A DNA stretch of 64,000 nucleotides from Chrysomallon squamiferum (GCA_012295275.1 CM022671.1:11408001-11472000), one strand, 5' to 3'; shown: positions 14,901-27,451, numbered from the stretch's first letter. The notes: a model not told the origin generated them from the sequence alone. Numbers and translations are program-made.

Positions 14901-17900
14901 AAATATAAAAATCAAAGTACAACAGCTGCAATAAACAAATATAAAAACACACAATAAAAATCAAAGTCAAAGTACAACAGCTGCAATAAACAAATATAAA
15001 ATATACAACACATCAAAGTACAACAGCTGCAATAAACAAATATAAAATATACCACACATCAAAGTACAACAGCTGCAATAAACAAATATAAAATACACCA
15101 CACATCAAAGTACAACAGCTGCAATAAACAAATATAAAATAATACACACATCAAAGTACAACCTGCAATAAACAAATATAAAAAAAAATACAACACAATA
15201 AACAAATATAAAAGTACAACAAAGTACTGCAATAAACAAATATAAAATATACACACACATCAAAGTACAACAGCTGCAGTAAACAAATATAAAAATAACA
15301 ACACACATGCAATAAACAAAATAAAAATACAACATCAAAGTACAACACCTGCAGTAAAACCACAACCTGCAATAAAAAATATAAAATACACCACAAGATA
15401 TCAAAAGTACAACAGCTGCAATAAACAAATATAAAATATACACACATCAAAGTACAACAGCTGCAATAAACAAATATAAAAATACACCACATACACAACA
15501 GCTGCAATAAACAAATATAAAATATACCACACATCAAAGTACAACAGCTGCAATAAACAAATATAAAATATACCACACATCAAAGTACAACAGCTGCAAT
15601 AAACAAATATAAAATATACCACACATCAAAGTACAACACCTGCAATAAACAAATATAAAATACACACCACATCAAAGTACAACAGCTGCAATAAACAAAT
15701 ATAAAATATACCACACATCAAATACAACATGCTGCAATAAACAAATCAAAGTACAACACCTGCAATAAACTAATATAAAATACACACCACATCAAAGTAC
15801 AACAGCTGCAATAAACAAATATAAAATATACCACACATCAAAGTACAACAGCTGCAGTAAACAAATATAAAATACACAAGATATCAAAAAAACCTGCAAT
15901 AAACTAATATAAAATACACATCAAAGTACAACACCTGCAATAAACTAATATAAAATATACATGTCAAATACAACACCTGCAATAAACTAATATAAAATAC
16001 ACAAGATATCAAAGTACAACACCTGCAATAAACAAATATAAAATACACATGTCAAATACAACACCTGCAATAAACTAATATAAAATACACAAGATATCAA
16101 AGTACAACACCTGCAATAAACAAATATAAAATACGCACAACATGTCAAATACAACACCTACAATAAAAAAATATAAAATATACAAAAAGCAATAAAAAAA
16201 TGTAATCCAATAACCTTTACAATGTTCCACATAGCATTAAAAATATTATTTAAGTATGTTCTGCATTTGTGTTTGGTGTTTACAGATTCACTTAAACGTT
16301 ATTTGTAATTTTGTTTTATAAATATTTATGCATCTTTCAAAGAACCAGGTTATATTCAGTAGGATCGTACTTTTGGTATGTATCTTAGTCTTCTAGCTTC
16401 ATAGCCGTGTAGCATTAATTTCTGTCTTTCCAAAAACTGATACAATGACACTTCATGTTTGCCTGCAACACTGCAACATAAAAATATATTTGTCTACAAA
16501 AAAAGAAAGCACTTCAGGAGAAGCAATAAAATGTGCAATTTCATTTGGACAAATTCCCCAGAATGTTTTATTTTAACATTAAAAAAAAGAACCATACTCA
16601 TCCAAAACTTAACCATAAATGTAATATAATTAGTCATTACATTATTTTTTTAAATTACATTTTTCTTTTCTGAAAATTAAAACTAATTGACCTGAAGATT
16701 ATATCATTTTCAATTAACTTGGATTAACTAATGTATAAATTATGTATTAATTTATGAAAATCTGTATGTTAGACAACTTTTGTTTTTGTTAATATCATTT
16801 ATTTAAACCGTTCACAGAAGAAAATCTTCTAGATTACCAATTCTAAATATAGATAAAACCACATGTCACAAATGCACATTATTCTTTAATATGAAAAGAA
16901 CATTAGTATATTTAGTTAATAATTCTGTAAAAAAGTCAGAATTTTTATCACAGTTTCTCAGTACTTCAATTAGCTAGCAAACTGGGCTAACAGTATCACA
17001 AGATTTTTATGTTTTTGTTTATGTGTCTAAAAGTAATTGAGATATGATAACAAAACAAAATATTAAATGTGATTTACTTAGCAAAAATAACCCTCAACGG
17101 CTTCAGATACTGTTCAAATTCTGAGATACACTGAATCTGCATACTGCTTTGAATAGACTTAGGTCTGAAATGAAAATATACAAATATGTAATTAACAATT
17201 ATTGGTTTTCATATACACTAGTGTTATGAGGCAGAAAAAAAAGAAGGAAAAATCAAACAATACCTATATAAGCTGTTTATCAATTAGCAGAAAGGGATTT
17301 ACTTTTATGTGCCTCTTCATTTACAGGAAGCCCTGTGATAAACCAGCCAAAGATTTCTGGTGAAACCATAAGCAGCAAAATGATCATATTAAAAGGACTG
17401 ATACAGCAACAAATAACATCACTATATGGAGAATAAGAGATGAAAAAAAATAATCAAACATTTTTTAATATTTAAATATTTATTTAAATGAAAATCTTGT
17501 TGTCTTTTCATACACTTGTTTTTAATTCAAAGTGAAAAAAATACAAAATTTTCATTAAAAAAAACTTTGAAGTTGCTAACCCACCTTCTGTGTCTCACAT
17601 AGTTTATAGCTTCAGTGGCAGACATTCTGTTGTTGAACACCAGATAACAAGCAATTAATAAGCCAGTCCTCCCTGAACCCAAAATAATAAATAAAAAACA
17701 GTAAGACATGTCAAAACATATCAGTTTTGAATTAAAAAATAATCAAAAAATTAAAAAAACATAATAACCTATTTCTATATGTCTGTCTTCATTCCATGCA
17801 ACATGTTTTTGCAACCATAATGTAATATCTTTTATTTCTTTTTTTTATTGTCTAAATGAATATTATAATTCAATATACAGACGTTTTCTTCAACAAAAGA

Positions 17901-20090
17901 GAAACACATATATTAATTATTCCCAGAACAAACATAAAAATACCCTACATACGCACACAATTAGAACAATATTTAAACTTTAAGTTTTATAAATATTATT
18001 CAACTTCTTTCAGTTCACCTTATTAACAAATGATACTTACAAGATGCCTTTTGTCCAGAACTACTTAATCATTAATAAGAACAGTTAAATACTGTATTAC
18101 CAGAACTCAGAACCCACCTAAACCAGCATGGCAATGGACTGCAACTTTGCCATCAGACAATGAAAACTGCATTACTTTTACCACATTTAAAATATTGATC
18201 ATGGATGACACTCCAAAATCAGGCCTGAAATGTAAACAAGTTATAAACTAATTAATCACATTTTTCTACATAATAATTATTAATATGCAGTACACTAATT
18301 GACTTGAATGTTATTGAATCATACTGTGAAAATATTCAAAATATAAACAAATTGTTGTAACAATTAAACCTATCACATTTCTCATCTTTATTTGTGAACT
18401 TCATAAATCCTGGTAAAAAACAATTTTGCCATGTTAAGTTTATTTTATTCATTACATAATAAAATAAATGCAGCTGATAAATTAATAAAACTATTATCTT
18501 TTTACAGATACTATAAGCTATATATGCCAAATTGTATGCAACATATTACATAAACAGAATATCATTTGGAAATAATGCTACTTTTCTACTACTGATTTTC
18601 CCCCTCTATATTAACATAAAATATTACCTGCAAACAGAAGCTTAAAGTTTGTCCACAAAAACAAAATTTTTAAATTAAAAATTAAAAATCGTAAATTTCC
18701 CAAATAATCCACATTCACAACAATGACTTGAAAAAAATAAGAACCTCACAGCAAAGAAACAAATTAATTTATTTGTGATTAGTTTTTATTATAACCTACT
18801 GACAAAATTGTATACATTTTGTTTTGCAAATTAATGAAGAATACTCACCAGCCATAATTGTAGAAAAAAACTGAAATTTTTGAGAAAATATATTAACAGT
18901 GGATATTTATATATAATATTAAAGCATGCAAAATAAATTTATATGTTTAACAAAACACAGATACCTGTGATGTCTATAGACAACAATATGTAAGTAAGGA
19001 TGAATAAAGAAATGTATATTAATATAAAAAGACATAAATAAATGTTTAAAATACTAAAAAGACAAATAAATAAATGTTTATTAATGTAAAAAGATAAATA
19101 AATAAATGTTTATTAATATTAAAAAAACAAATAAATAAATGTTTATTAATACTAAAAAGACAAATAAAGTAATATTTATTAAAACTAAAAAAAGACAAAT
19201 AAAGTAATATTTATTAAAACTAAAAAAGAATAAATAAATGATTGTTAATACTAAAAAGATGAATAAAGAAATGTCTATTAATGCTAATGAAATGAATAAA
19301 GAAATGTCTATTAATAAAAAGACAAACAAATAAATGTTTATTAATACTAAAAAGACAAATAATGAAATATTTATTAATATTAAAAGACAAATAAATAAAT
19401 GTTTTTAATACTAAAAAGACAAATAAAGAAATGTTTGTTAATACTAAAAAGACATAGTTATATTGTATGTTACATGGTATTAAACATCTTGATTTTGAAA
19501 CACACAATTTAATACAACTATTTCTGTATTAAAATTTCTATAATTCATTACATTAATAATTGACTTACTGTTCTTATCCATCAGTTCCTGTGGATTTTGC
19601 AGAAAAACTTTTCCATTTGGTTCATTCCCATCATGTTTGTTTTAAACAACTGGCATGTTCACCTGGTGACAAACTTGTAGATTAATCACAGTCTTGATAT
19701 TAAAAAACTGAAAAAAACACAAACAATTTAATATCATTCTTATTATCACTTACTAGTCATTATTAGTATTGTTTTCCCCTTAGGAACTAGTTAAACTGAA
19801 AAAATTAAATTGTGTACATACGTCACAAATTGCTGTAAAACATTCTTCTCCTTAAAAGCCTTAGTCGTTGGTCTTGCCATAGCCAGAATCTTTTTAGTAA
19901 TCCTACAAAAGAAGTTAAAAGTAGGAGGTTAGGACGATGTAAAGGATGGCAACAGTCATAATGGATGGCATTAACAACATCTTAAATGTTTTTAAAATCA
20001 TCTTAAAATCATGTACAGAGATGTTAATAATCTGAAGATTTTTTAAAACTCACAGTTTAATTTATTCCTTTGTTCTTGTTGTTATTATTA

Positions 20091-20157
<67 letters not shown>

Positions 20158-22802
20158 CATCATTGAGGGAAAAATAAAGACTCATATGTGAATCAGAAAA
20201 GATTTGTGTGAATTAAATTAACAGGTAAAATTAATGTTGTAATACATCACTTTCATAATTTGAACACTAACACAATAAAAATCGAAAATAAATTATTCTT
20301 TCTTCAATAAAAACAAAATATTTAATACAATTTATTAAAGATTAATACAATTAAAATGTTCATGATTATAACGTAACTGCTCAGTCGAAGATACAATCAA
20401 ATTAACTTTACCAATTTCAGTACAGTCCATTGATGGCCATTTTGTTTGTTATGAAGCTATTATCTGTTTGTTATAAAGCTATTATCTGTTTGTTTTGTAA
20501 TATAAATTAATTTTACCAATTTGAATACAGTCCATCAATGGCCATTTTGTTTGTTATGAAGCTATAATCTGTTTGTTTTGATCATAATCAAAATCTTGTA
20601 ATATAAATTAATTTTACCAATTTGAATACAGTCCATCAATGGCCATTTTGTTTGATGGCCAGGATTCCCAGCTGCAGAACTTGCACCTCTTGCCTCGACA
20701 AAACATGGCACACTGGTTCTCACCAGATATTATTTTTCTAGCATTTTCTGTAAACTTGCTGTATGAAGCGGCAGGCATCCCTCCTAAACAACAATTTAAA
20801 ACATGTTTTAGTTGCACTGCAGGATCTGTGTCACGTTTACAGGCCTTATCTTTACTGTGATCATCATTTCTTTAAAACAGTTTAAATGCCATCATAATCT
20901 TTATAGTAGAATATTTAATAAATAAATAGTATTGCCAATTTAAATCAAAATTCCGCAAGTACAACTTTATTATCTTTCCATTTTTCTCTCTTTCTCTCTC
21001 TCACACACACACACACAGTTATATTAACAGTAATTCCTTTCAGTAATAAATTAGCATTAATGCATCAGTTAGAATTACATATTATATTAAGTTTCATGAA
21101 ATCATGTTACAGTTACATTTAATAACCAAACATTACTAAGCACTAGCAAATTCAAACAGAACCAGTTTTATGAATCACTCCAACTGTTTCCCTACTTCAC
21201 AGCATTAAACATGGTAAATGATAAAAATTAGTGTTCTAAGTTGTTTAAATTCCTTTACTTTAGACCAGATATACAGATATTTATAACTAAAAAAGCTGTG
21301 CTAGTAACAAAGTTCAATAATTTCAATTTTAAATTAAACTTTTTTCTAATTAAGGGTACTGGAAAAAACAAAGGGCATAAAATCATGTGAGAAAAAGCAA
21401 CAGACCATACTGCTACTGCTAACACAAGCACTTTCACCAAGATGTATGCACACACATACAGAATTCAAAAAAAAAAAAAAAAAAAAATTTAAAACGGATT
21501 CAGTAGGTATTAGAAAATCAAAATTAAAATAAAGCTTAATTTTAGTAACTATCACAGAAATACTTACCATCTAAAATTCCACAGATCAGGTAAAAAAAAA
21601 AAAATTAATGTGCTTTAGCATCACTGAATGATAGTTAAACTTTTCTCACACTTAGGTGCAATTAAAATTAATTTTGAAAGCATAAAAGCACTTTATAGAG
21701 AGAAATAGTTTTTAATAAAATACAAAAAGATTATACCTTTAGCTTTAGGTTGGCAGGTACAAAAAACAACTGTGATATTAAAAAAAGTAAATAAATAATA
21801 TATAATAAGAACTATATCATACATAAAATATGATCATGCACATCAGGAAAAATATCAATTGGGGAGTTCTGATTTATGCAATTATTCCAAGTTCTTTCAA
21901 TTTTGACATAATTTTGACACCACTGTCTTCTCCAAAGCCAGCATTTGTGCAAAGACAGACATAGTAAAACAGAAAATTCTGAATGAATTTCAGCAATAAG
22001 GGAGCAAGTTCCGAAAATGCCTTCAAAAGCACATTTAGCCTTATAAATTCATCATACACACACACTTCTTTGGAGTTGTAAGATAAAGTGTTTATCTGAT
22101 TATTTCCAAGAAAATATATAAATCCAAAAATTAATGCTGCATATTTTTCAGCACTAAAGCAGTGATATATCTGAGATTCTATGTGCAGGGTCACAATTAC
22201 CAAATATGCTGAACAGTTTTTAAAATGGTAGATTTATCAATTCAAAAAATTAAAAATTAAAAAAAAAAGCAGAATTGAAAAGCATTTTTACATTTAAAAT
22301 AAAAAACGTCACAGTAATATTGCTGATATATAATTAGATGTATACTATTGGACATTTATAAATATTTAGCATGAAAAAAAATATGATGTCACAGCATATG
22401 GATTATAATGTTTGTTAATCTTTGAATTAAACACATTATACATTCATTCTACCCTGAACTGTGAATTAAACATACTACATATTCATTCTACCCTGATTTG
22501 TGAATTAAACACATTACATATTCATTCTACCCTGATTTGTGAATTAAACACATTACATATTCATTCTACCCTGATTTGTGAATTAAACACATTACATATT
22601 CATTCTACCCTGATCTGTGAATTAAACACATTACATATTCATTCTACCATCATCTGTGAATTAAACACAGTACATATTCATTCTACCATCATCTGTGAAT
22701 TAAACAGACTACATATTCACCTTCAACTGTTCTTTTTGGTTCTGATGCCCAATCCAACACCTCCATCCCAGGATAAGAACGTTCATCAGGGTCTGGTTCC
22801 AT
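8919..22802 (-). CDS. PTPDC1: Protein tyrosine phosphatase domain-containing 1 (dual-specificity PTP family); coding exons 22802-22721, 20783-20618, 19902-19822, 19707-19569 (frameshifted as given), 18870-18849, 18224-18118, 17672-17585, 17164-17078, 16470-16371, 12669-12046, 11468-11367, 10277-10194, 9161-8919
   Basis: The spliced product contains QCAMFCRGKRCKF, GLYSNW/ITKKILAMARP, INLQ..PGEHASC, IFFYNYGW/PDFGV, the P-loop VHCHAGL/GRTGLLIACYLVF, RPKSIQS, LHGYEARRLRYIPK/VVYLCCERLLDLA and LWDWLVQLK/EPVL, all colinear with vertebrate PTPDC1. Junctions are GT-AG and phase-compatible except inside exon 19569-19707. The first exon (MEPDPDERSYPG...) is assigned by ATG plus a phase-1 donor only. Confidence 0.9.
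12655..16170. repeat. ~46-bp minisatellite, ~75 copies, unit CACATCAAAGTACAACAGCTGCARTAAACAAATATAAAATATACCA, filling most of a PTPDC1 intron
   Basis: Directly visible tandem periodicity. The middle copies are irregular. It explains the many C/Y/F/L-rich spurious ORFs at 12.7-15.6 kb. Confidence 0.95.
19000..19455. repeat. ~31-bp AT-rich tandem repeat (AATAAAKAAATGTTTATTAATACTAAAAAGAC-like), ~14 degenerate copies
   Basis: TTAATACTAAAAAGACAAATAAA recurs at ~31-nt spacing. Confidence 0.8.
20090..20158. repeat. (TAT)n microsatellite
   Basis: More than 20 trinucleotide units. Similar tracts occur at 24357-24408, 30275-30315 and 44798-44829. Confidence 0.95.
20405..20655. repeat. Three copies (~100-nt period) of a PTPDC1 exon 3' end plus splice donor
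   Basis: TTTACCAATTTGAATACAGTCCATCAATGGCCATTTTGTTTG at ~20613 (real exon) and ~20513 (identical), with a diverged copy at ~20407. Confidence 0.9.
22422..22720. repeat. 39-bp minisatellite, ~7.5 copies (TGTGAATTAAACACATTACATATTCATTCTACCCTGATT)
   Basis: Directly visible. It produces the spurious ICELNTLHIHSTL-repeat ORF 22412-22846 and ends at the donor of the first PTPDC1 coding exon. Confidence 0.92.
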
Positions 22803-23668
22803 ATTTTATTTTTTCTTTCTATTTTTTATACGGCAAAAAAAAATAATAATAATAATAATTAACAAATAAATACATTAATTAAAAACTTAAATAATTAACT
22901 ATGACAAAAACAGTAACTCACGAGATCATCAACTTAGGAAATCAAGATTTTTGTTACATTATTTAATTAGGTTTGCAATATAAAACACCCAGTTTGGTCT
23001 ATCTGAAATATAATGATAGTTTCTATTCCTGTTTTAAAACAAAACCTCAAAAACAAATCTGGACATATAAAAAAAATGAAATGATGTATAATAATGATTT
23101 TTTTTTTTTTTTTTACCTATCTGTAATTCATTAATATTTGTTTCAACTTTAAATTTGTATATTATACATTGTGTTCCCAGAAAGTTATTATATCTGTCAA
23201 AAATGATTACTAGTAATGATATTGTATGAAGACCTGCAAAACATTCATTAATATAATTATTTTTAATTTTTAATGTTTATTGTTTTAATCATGTGAATAA
23301 AACAGTGAACAATGGTTCAATCAATTCTTCTTCATCATAAATACTGATTAAAAAAAAAAAAACTGGTTGGAAATTTTAACACTATAAATGTCTTTAAAAG
23401 CAAAACTGTAAAAATAGCTGTTTAATGCGATGACATTGTAAACATATTTTCAGTAGAGTTTTTTCTATCTATTTGTAATATGTTCAAATAATATTCAAAA
23501 CAACAGCTTTAAATTATTTTAAAAAAAAAATGTTTATAATTATAATTCACTTTCAATATAATAAAAAAAAAAAAAAAAATGAATGTTTATAATTCTAATT
23601 CACTTTCAGTATAATATTGCAATGCAGTATAATATAACAGACACGCTTATTTTTACATTCTATATTCC

Positions 23669-23835
23669 ACCTGGTTTGAATATCAAGTAACAGCCAGTGA
23701 AAACAATGAAGTTGAAAATGACATTTCGTTTTGTCACTATCGTTCACGACTGGTTTCCATCCTTAGCGACGGCAAAATAAACCGGCCTGTCAACGTTCTT
23801 CGTATTTTCCACCTTTACACAGATAATTCGATGTC
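23669..23835 (-). promoter_or_regulatory. Putative promoter and 5'-UTR exon of PTPDC1 with an RFX X-box-like motif (23753-23770)
   Basis: Local CpG enrichment, a CAG|GTGGAA donor at 23670-23669, and GTTTCC-ATCCTT-AGCGAC resembling two X-box half sites. Confidence 0.4.
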
Positions 23836-24354
23836 GAAATCATAATATTTGGGTTAAAATTATTATTTAGGTATCATTGTGTGATGTGCTGCTTCTATTA
23901 TTATTGTTGTTAATTTGGACGTTTTGAAACCCAGAGACTGCAGCACCTTGACATATATGGCGAAATTACTGAACTTAAGTATGCTGGCACAAAATAATTC
24001 AAATAACTATGTATGTTGAACGAAGTGTAAATGACAACAAACATTTCTTTCATTCCAAAGATCAAACAGTTATAAATATACTTTTAATACGAATTTCATA
24101 CGTCGGAAAGCATTGGCCAAAATTTAATATAAAATGTGTTTGAACAATAATACTGAATTTAATTCCCCATATAATCTCATTTCAAGAAAACACTGTTAAA
24201 TTACCTTGAAAATATTAAAAATAAAATAAAATAAAATAAAATAAAGGTGTGGACAAATGGACTAGGTACAAATGATAGGCACGTTGATAAATCACAGGAT
24301 CTTAATTATTATTCTTTCTGTGTTGGTGTTTCCTTTTGGTTTAATACCTTTCCC

Positions 24355-24408
<54 letters not shown>

Positions 24409-24919
24409 TTTGTTTTGTTTTGTTTTGTTTTGGTTTTTTAATATTTATTTATTTATTTATGTATTTTTATGCATTATTTTTGAGGATCGCATTGGCTTTT
24501 TTCATACTGTTCCAACCTTTTTTCTTTCTTTTTTTCATTTATGTATGTGTATATGTGGTAATACTTTTGTATTTGCTTCTAAATAATATAAAGCTTTAAA
24601 TTTAACTGCACTTATTTTTATTTAATAGGCATTATTTTACTGAATCTACAAAATAAACGTTTCTAAATATAAAATAAAAATTAGACGTAAAGTAATTAGT
24701 ATTAAAGAGAAAATTAAAAAATAAAAGGTTAACGTTTGCTGTTACGTCATTTATTTCTATGGATATTTGTTAATAATATATTTCTGTTTAATGTGTTGTT
24801 CATTTTGCACGAAAAGTGGGTGCTGTACTTTTTTTAAGAGTGACCTTTCTTAACAGTTAAAGCAAATTTTAAATTGCATAACAAAAGATATTCACCACAT
24901 CAAGCGACCACATCAAATA

Positions 24920-25552
24920 ATGACCACTTCCGTACATGAAAAATCCCCACCTAGAGTATATCCAAAGCCCTGCAGGAGCAGAGTTGTAGTGGAATGGAAA
25001 TCCTTTGATAATTTGATGAAATTCTGGCAGTCTTCTAGTCCGATAACAAATAACAGGAACCATTCAACAGCTCCAGGAACTACCCCAGTTTTACAACGCA
25101 GTTTCCAAACTAACCTTACATCTCCAGGCGCTGCAAACCTACATCCTCGAATACGTACATCTCATGTAGGAGACAAATATAATCCTCAAAATAATTCTGG
25201 TAAGATTATGATTACAGCTGCAGGAACACCTAGAGAACCCGTACAAAACAGCTCTCCACCTGTCTCAACAGAAGAACTCAACATAACGCATCAGAATATG
25301 CGTGTAAGATCCTCATCGGGAAATACTCCTGCAACAACTTCAAGGCAGAACCCCCCGCCTGGGCTGACTCGCAGACAGATATCAAAGTCTACAAATCTGC
25401 AGATTTCCATTTCGTACACCAAAGACAAGCTTCGATCGTCGACTCGAGAGATAATTGTTAGCCTCGACTGGGGAGTAGTCATTCTTTTGATCGTCCTCCT
25501 CAATTTCCTACTGTTCACAGGTCAATTCAGTAGAAGAACTGGACATAGATAA
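24920..25552 (+). CDS. Hypothetical S/T/P-rich protein (210 aa) with a C-terminal transmembrane segment (tail-anchored-like)
   Basis: A 633-nt non-repetitive ORF, clearly more GC-rich than its flanks, with a hydrophobic GVVILLIVLLNFLLF followed by a short basic tail. The frame stays open back to an acceptor-like CTTTCTTAACAG ending at 24856. Confidence 0.6.
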   Translation: MTTSVHEKSPPRVYPKPCRSRVVVEWKSFDNLMKFWQSSSPITNNRNHSTAPGTTPVLQRSFQTNLTSPGAANLHPRIRTSHVGDKYNPQNNSGKIMITAAGTPREPVQNSSPPVSTEELNITHQNMRVRSSSGNTPATTSRQNPPPGLTRRQISKSTNLQISISYTKDKLRSSTREIIVSLDWGVVILLIVLLNFLLFTGQFSRRTGHR

Positions 25553-25749
25553 AATATTGTAATCACCTTTGGAATTTTTTATAATGTTTCAGTTAAATAA
25601 TTTTTTAAGGAATACATACTAAATAAAAAAGGTTAAAAAGCATATTATTCCTAACAAAATTGTAAATATTATATAAATAGTTTAAATATTGTCTCATTAT
25701 GAGTAAATATAAAAAATGTTTAAGTGTATCTGAGTACTGGTTTATATTT

Positions 25750-25753
<4 letters not shown>

Positions 25754-25799
<46 letters not shown>
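25754..25799. repeat. (CT)n microsatellite
   Basis: ~23 CT units. Confidence 0.95.
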
Positions 25800-25802
<3 letters not shown>

Positions 25803-26075
25803 AAATTAGAAAATGATGTACAAAATTCAGAAATATACGTAGCAAATTCATTTCACAAATCATTAAAACAATTGAAACAATTTTAAAAAAATAGAATCAA
25901 ACCAGTCGAAAACAAAGAGTAAAGTGAAAACAACAACAAAATGCCTTATTTAAAAGATAGATACGATATTTCATGCTAAAATGGATTTCATCGGATGATA
26001 AAATTGTGAGGGAGGTTAGATTTAAATAATTATTTTAGGCTGGATACACAAGGAATAGGCACGCATGCACGCACG

Positions 26076-26106
<31 letters not shown>

Positions 26107-26246
26107 TTGATGTCGCCTCCATTTACATTTTTGGAAAAGTGATGATCTGTCACTGTGTTGAAGTGTGTGTGTATTAATTTCTAACTTTTCAAAAACTGAT
26201 GAAAATGATTTCATGTTTGCCAGCAACTCTATAATACCAAAAACAA

Positions 26247-26279
<33 letters not shown>

Positions 26280-27451
26280 TTTACAGTTGTCAGCTAAAAA
26301 GCATGAATGAACTGCAAGAGAAATATCAGGAAAAAGAAACATCTGTTGTTTTAAAAAAAAAAAAAAAAAAAAAAATTCATTTGGACATATTCCCATGAAT
26401 GTTTCATTTTTTAACATTTAGAAGTAGAAAAAAAAAAGAAAGAAAGAAAGAAAGGACGAATCCCAAAATAAACTATAAATGTAATATAATTAATCATAAT
26501 AATGTTTAAAATTTACATAAATTAGTGGTTACAAACTAAATATTGTTATGACTTTCTTCATCTGTTACGTATATAAAAACAAAGGACTGAATAAATGAAT
26601 CAAGAAAAAAATAACGTGACGATAACTACGACAGTTCGTGAAAATAATATACAATAAAGAAATAAACCATCAAATTTCTAAATATCCTGTAGGCAATAAA
26701 TACATTATATATATTGTTGCTGTATTTTATTGTAATTTTAGTGTGTTTTACTCTCCCTAACTGTATTTTATGTACGATCCCAGGCATCACGATTATCACA
26801 AGTAATGCGCAAGCAAAGTCTTCCTGATCAGCATTTCTGAACACTAGAAAAAAAACGCTTATTCTTAAATTCAGTTAACGATGGTTTCATTTAATGGCTA
26901 TTTATGAATGCAGAATTACATTTGTATTCAGAATATCTATATTCAGTTTGTTGAGCTGTTTGCAGTCCAGTATACTGAGTTAGTGTCGTCTGGGAAGTTG
27001 TGTATTTTCAGGTAACCAGACAGTAAACGTTACTTTTTATTTTCAGTCAAAACTTATTGTAGTTCGTTGAAATACACTAGGCTGCAGCTGTCGGTTAATG
27101 TATTTTCATTCGTATTTACTTTTATTAATTTGCTGTATTGTTTCGTTTTAATTTCGAGTTTCCTCATATCTGTGTACAAAATGTGTGTATGTGTATGAGC
27201 GTACATGTTTCTCTGTCTTAATACATTATCATCTTGTTGATTAAGGTGTGAAATGAGGTTGTTTTGTGTAAATGAAAACGGCAGATATTTAAAGAATCTT
27301 GCATGGTATATGATTTTTAATGAAACCTGCAAAAGTTTAGGTCCTAGTGAACCAGGGTAAGAGAAATGTTAATATTTTGTTTTATTTATTTATTTATTTA
27401 TTTTTAATTAGTTATAGGCAACATTTGTTTCGTATGGCTTTGATGTTTCCA

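Noticed and set aside
12702-15622. Many Cys/Tyr/Phe/Leu-rich minus-strand ORFs
   Set aside because: They are translations of the 46-bp minisatellite, not genes.
12655-16170. CRISPR-like regular repeat array
   Set aside because: Head-to-tail units without unique spacers, in a eukaryotic intron, with no cas genes.
22412-22846. 144-aa His/Cys repeat ORF
   Set aside because: Product of the 39-bp minisatellite, and it overlaps a PTPDC1 exon on the opposite strand.
24247-24586. Poly-Ile and poly-Leu ORFs
   Set aside because: Artefacts of a (TTA)n microsatellite.
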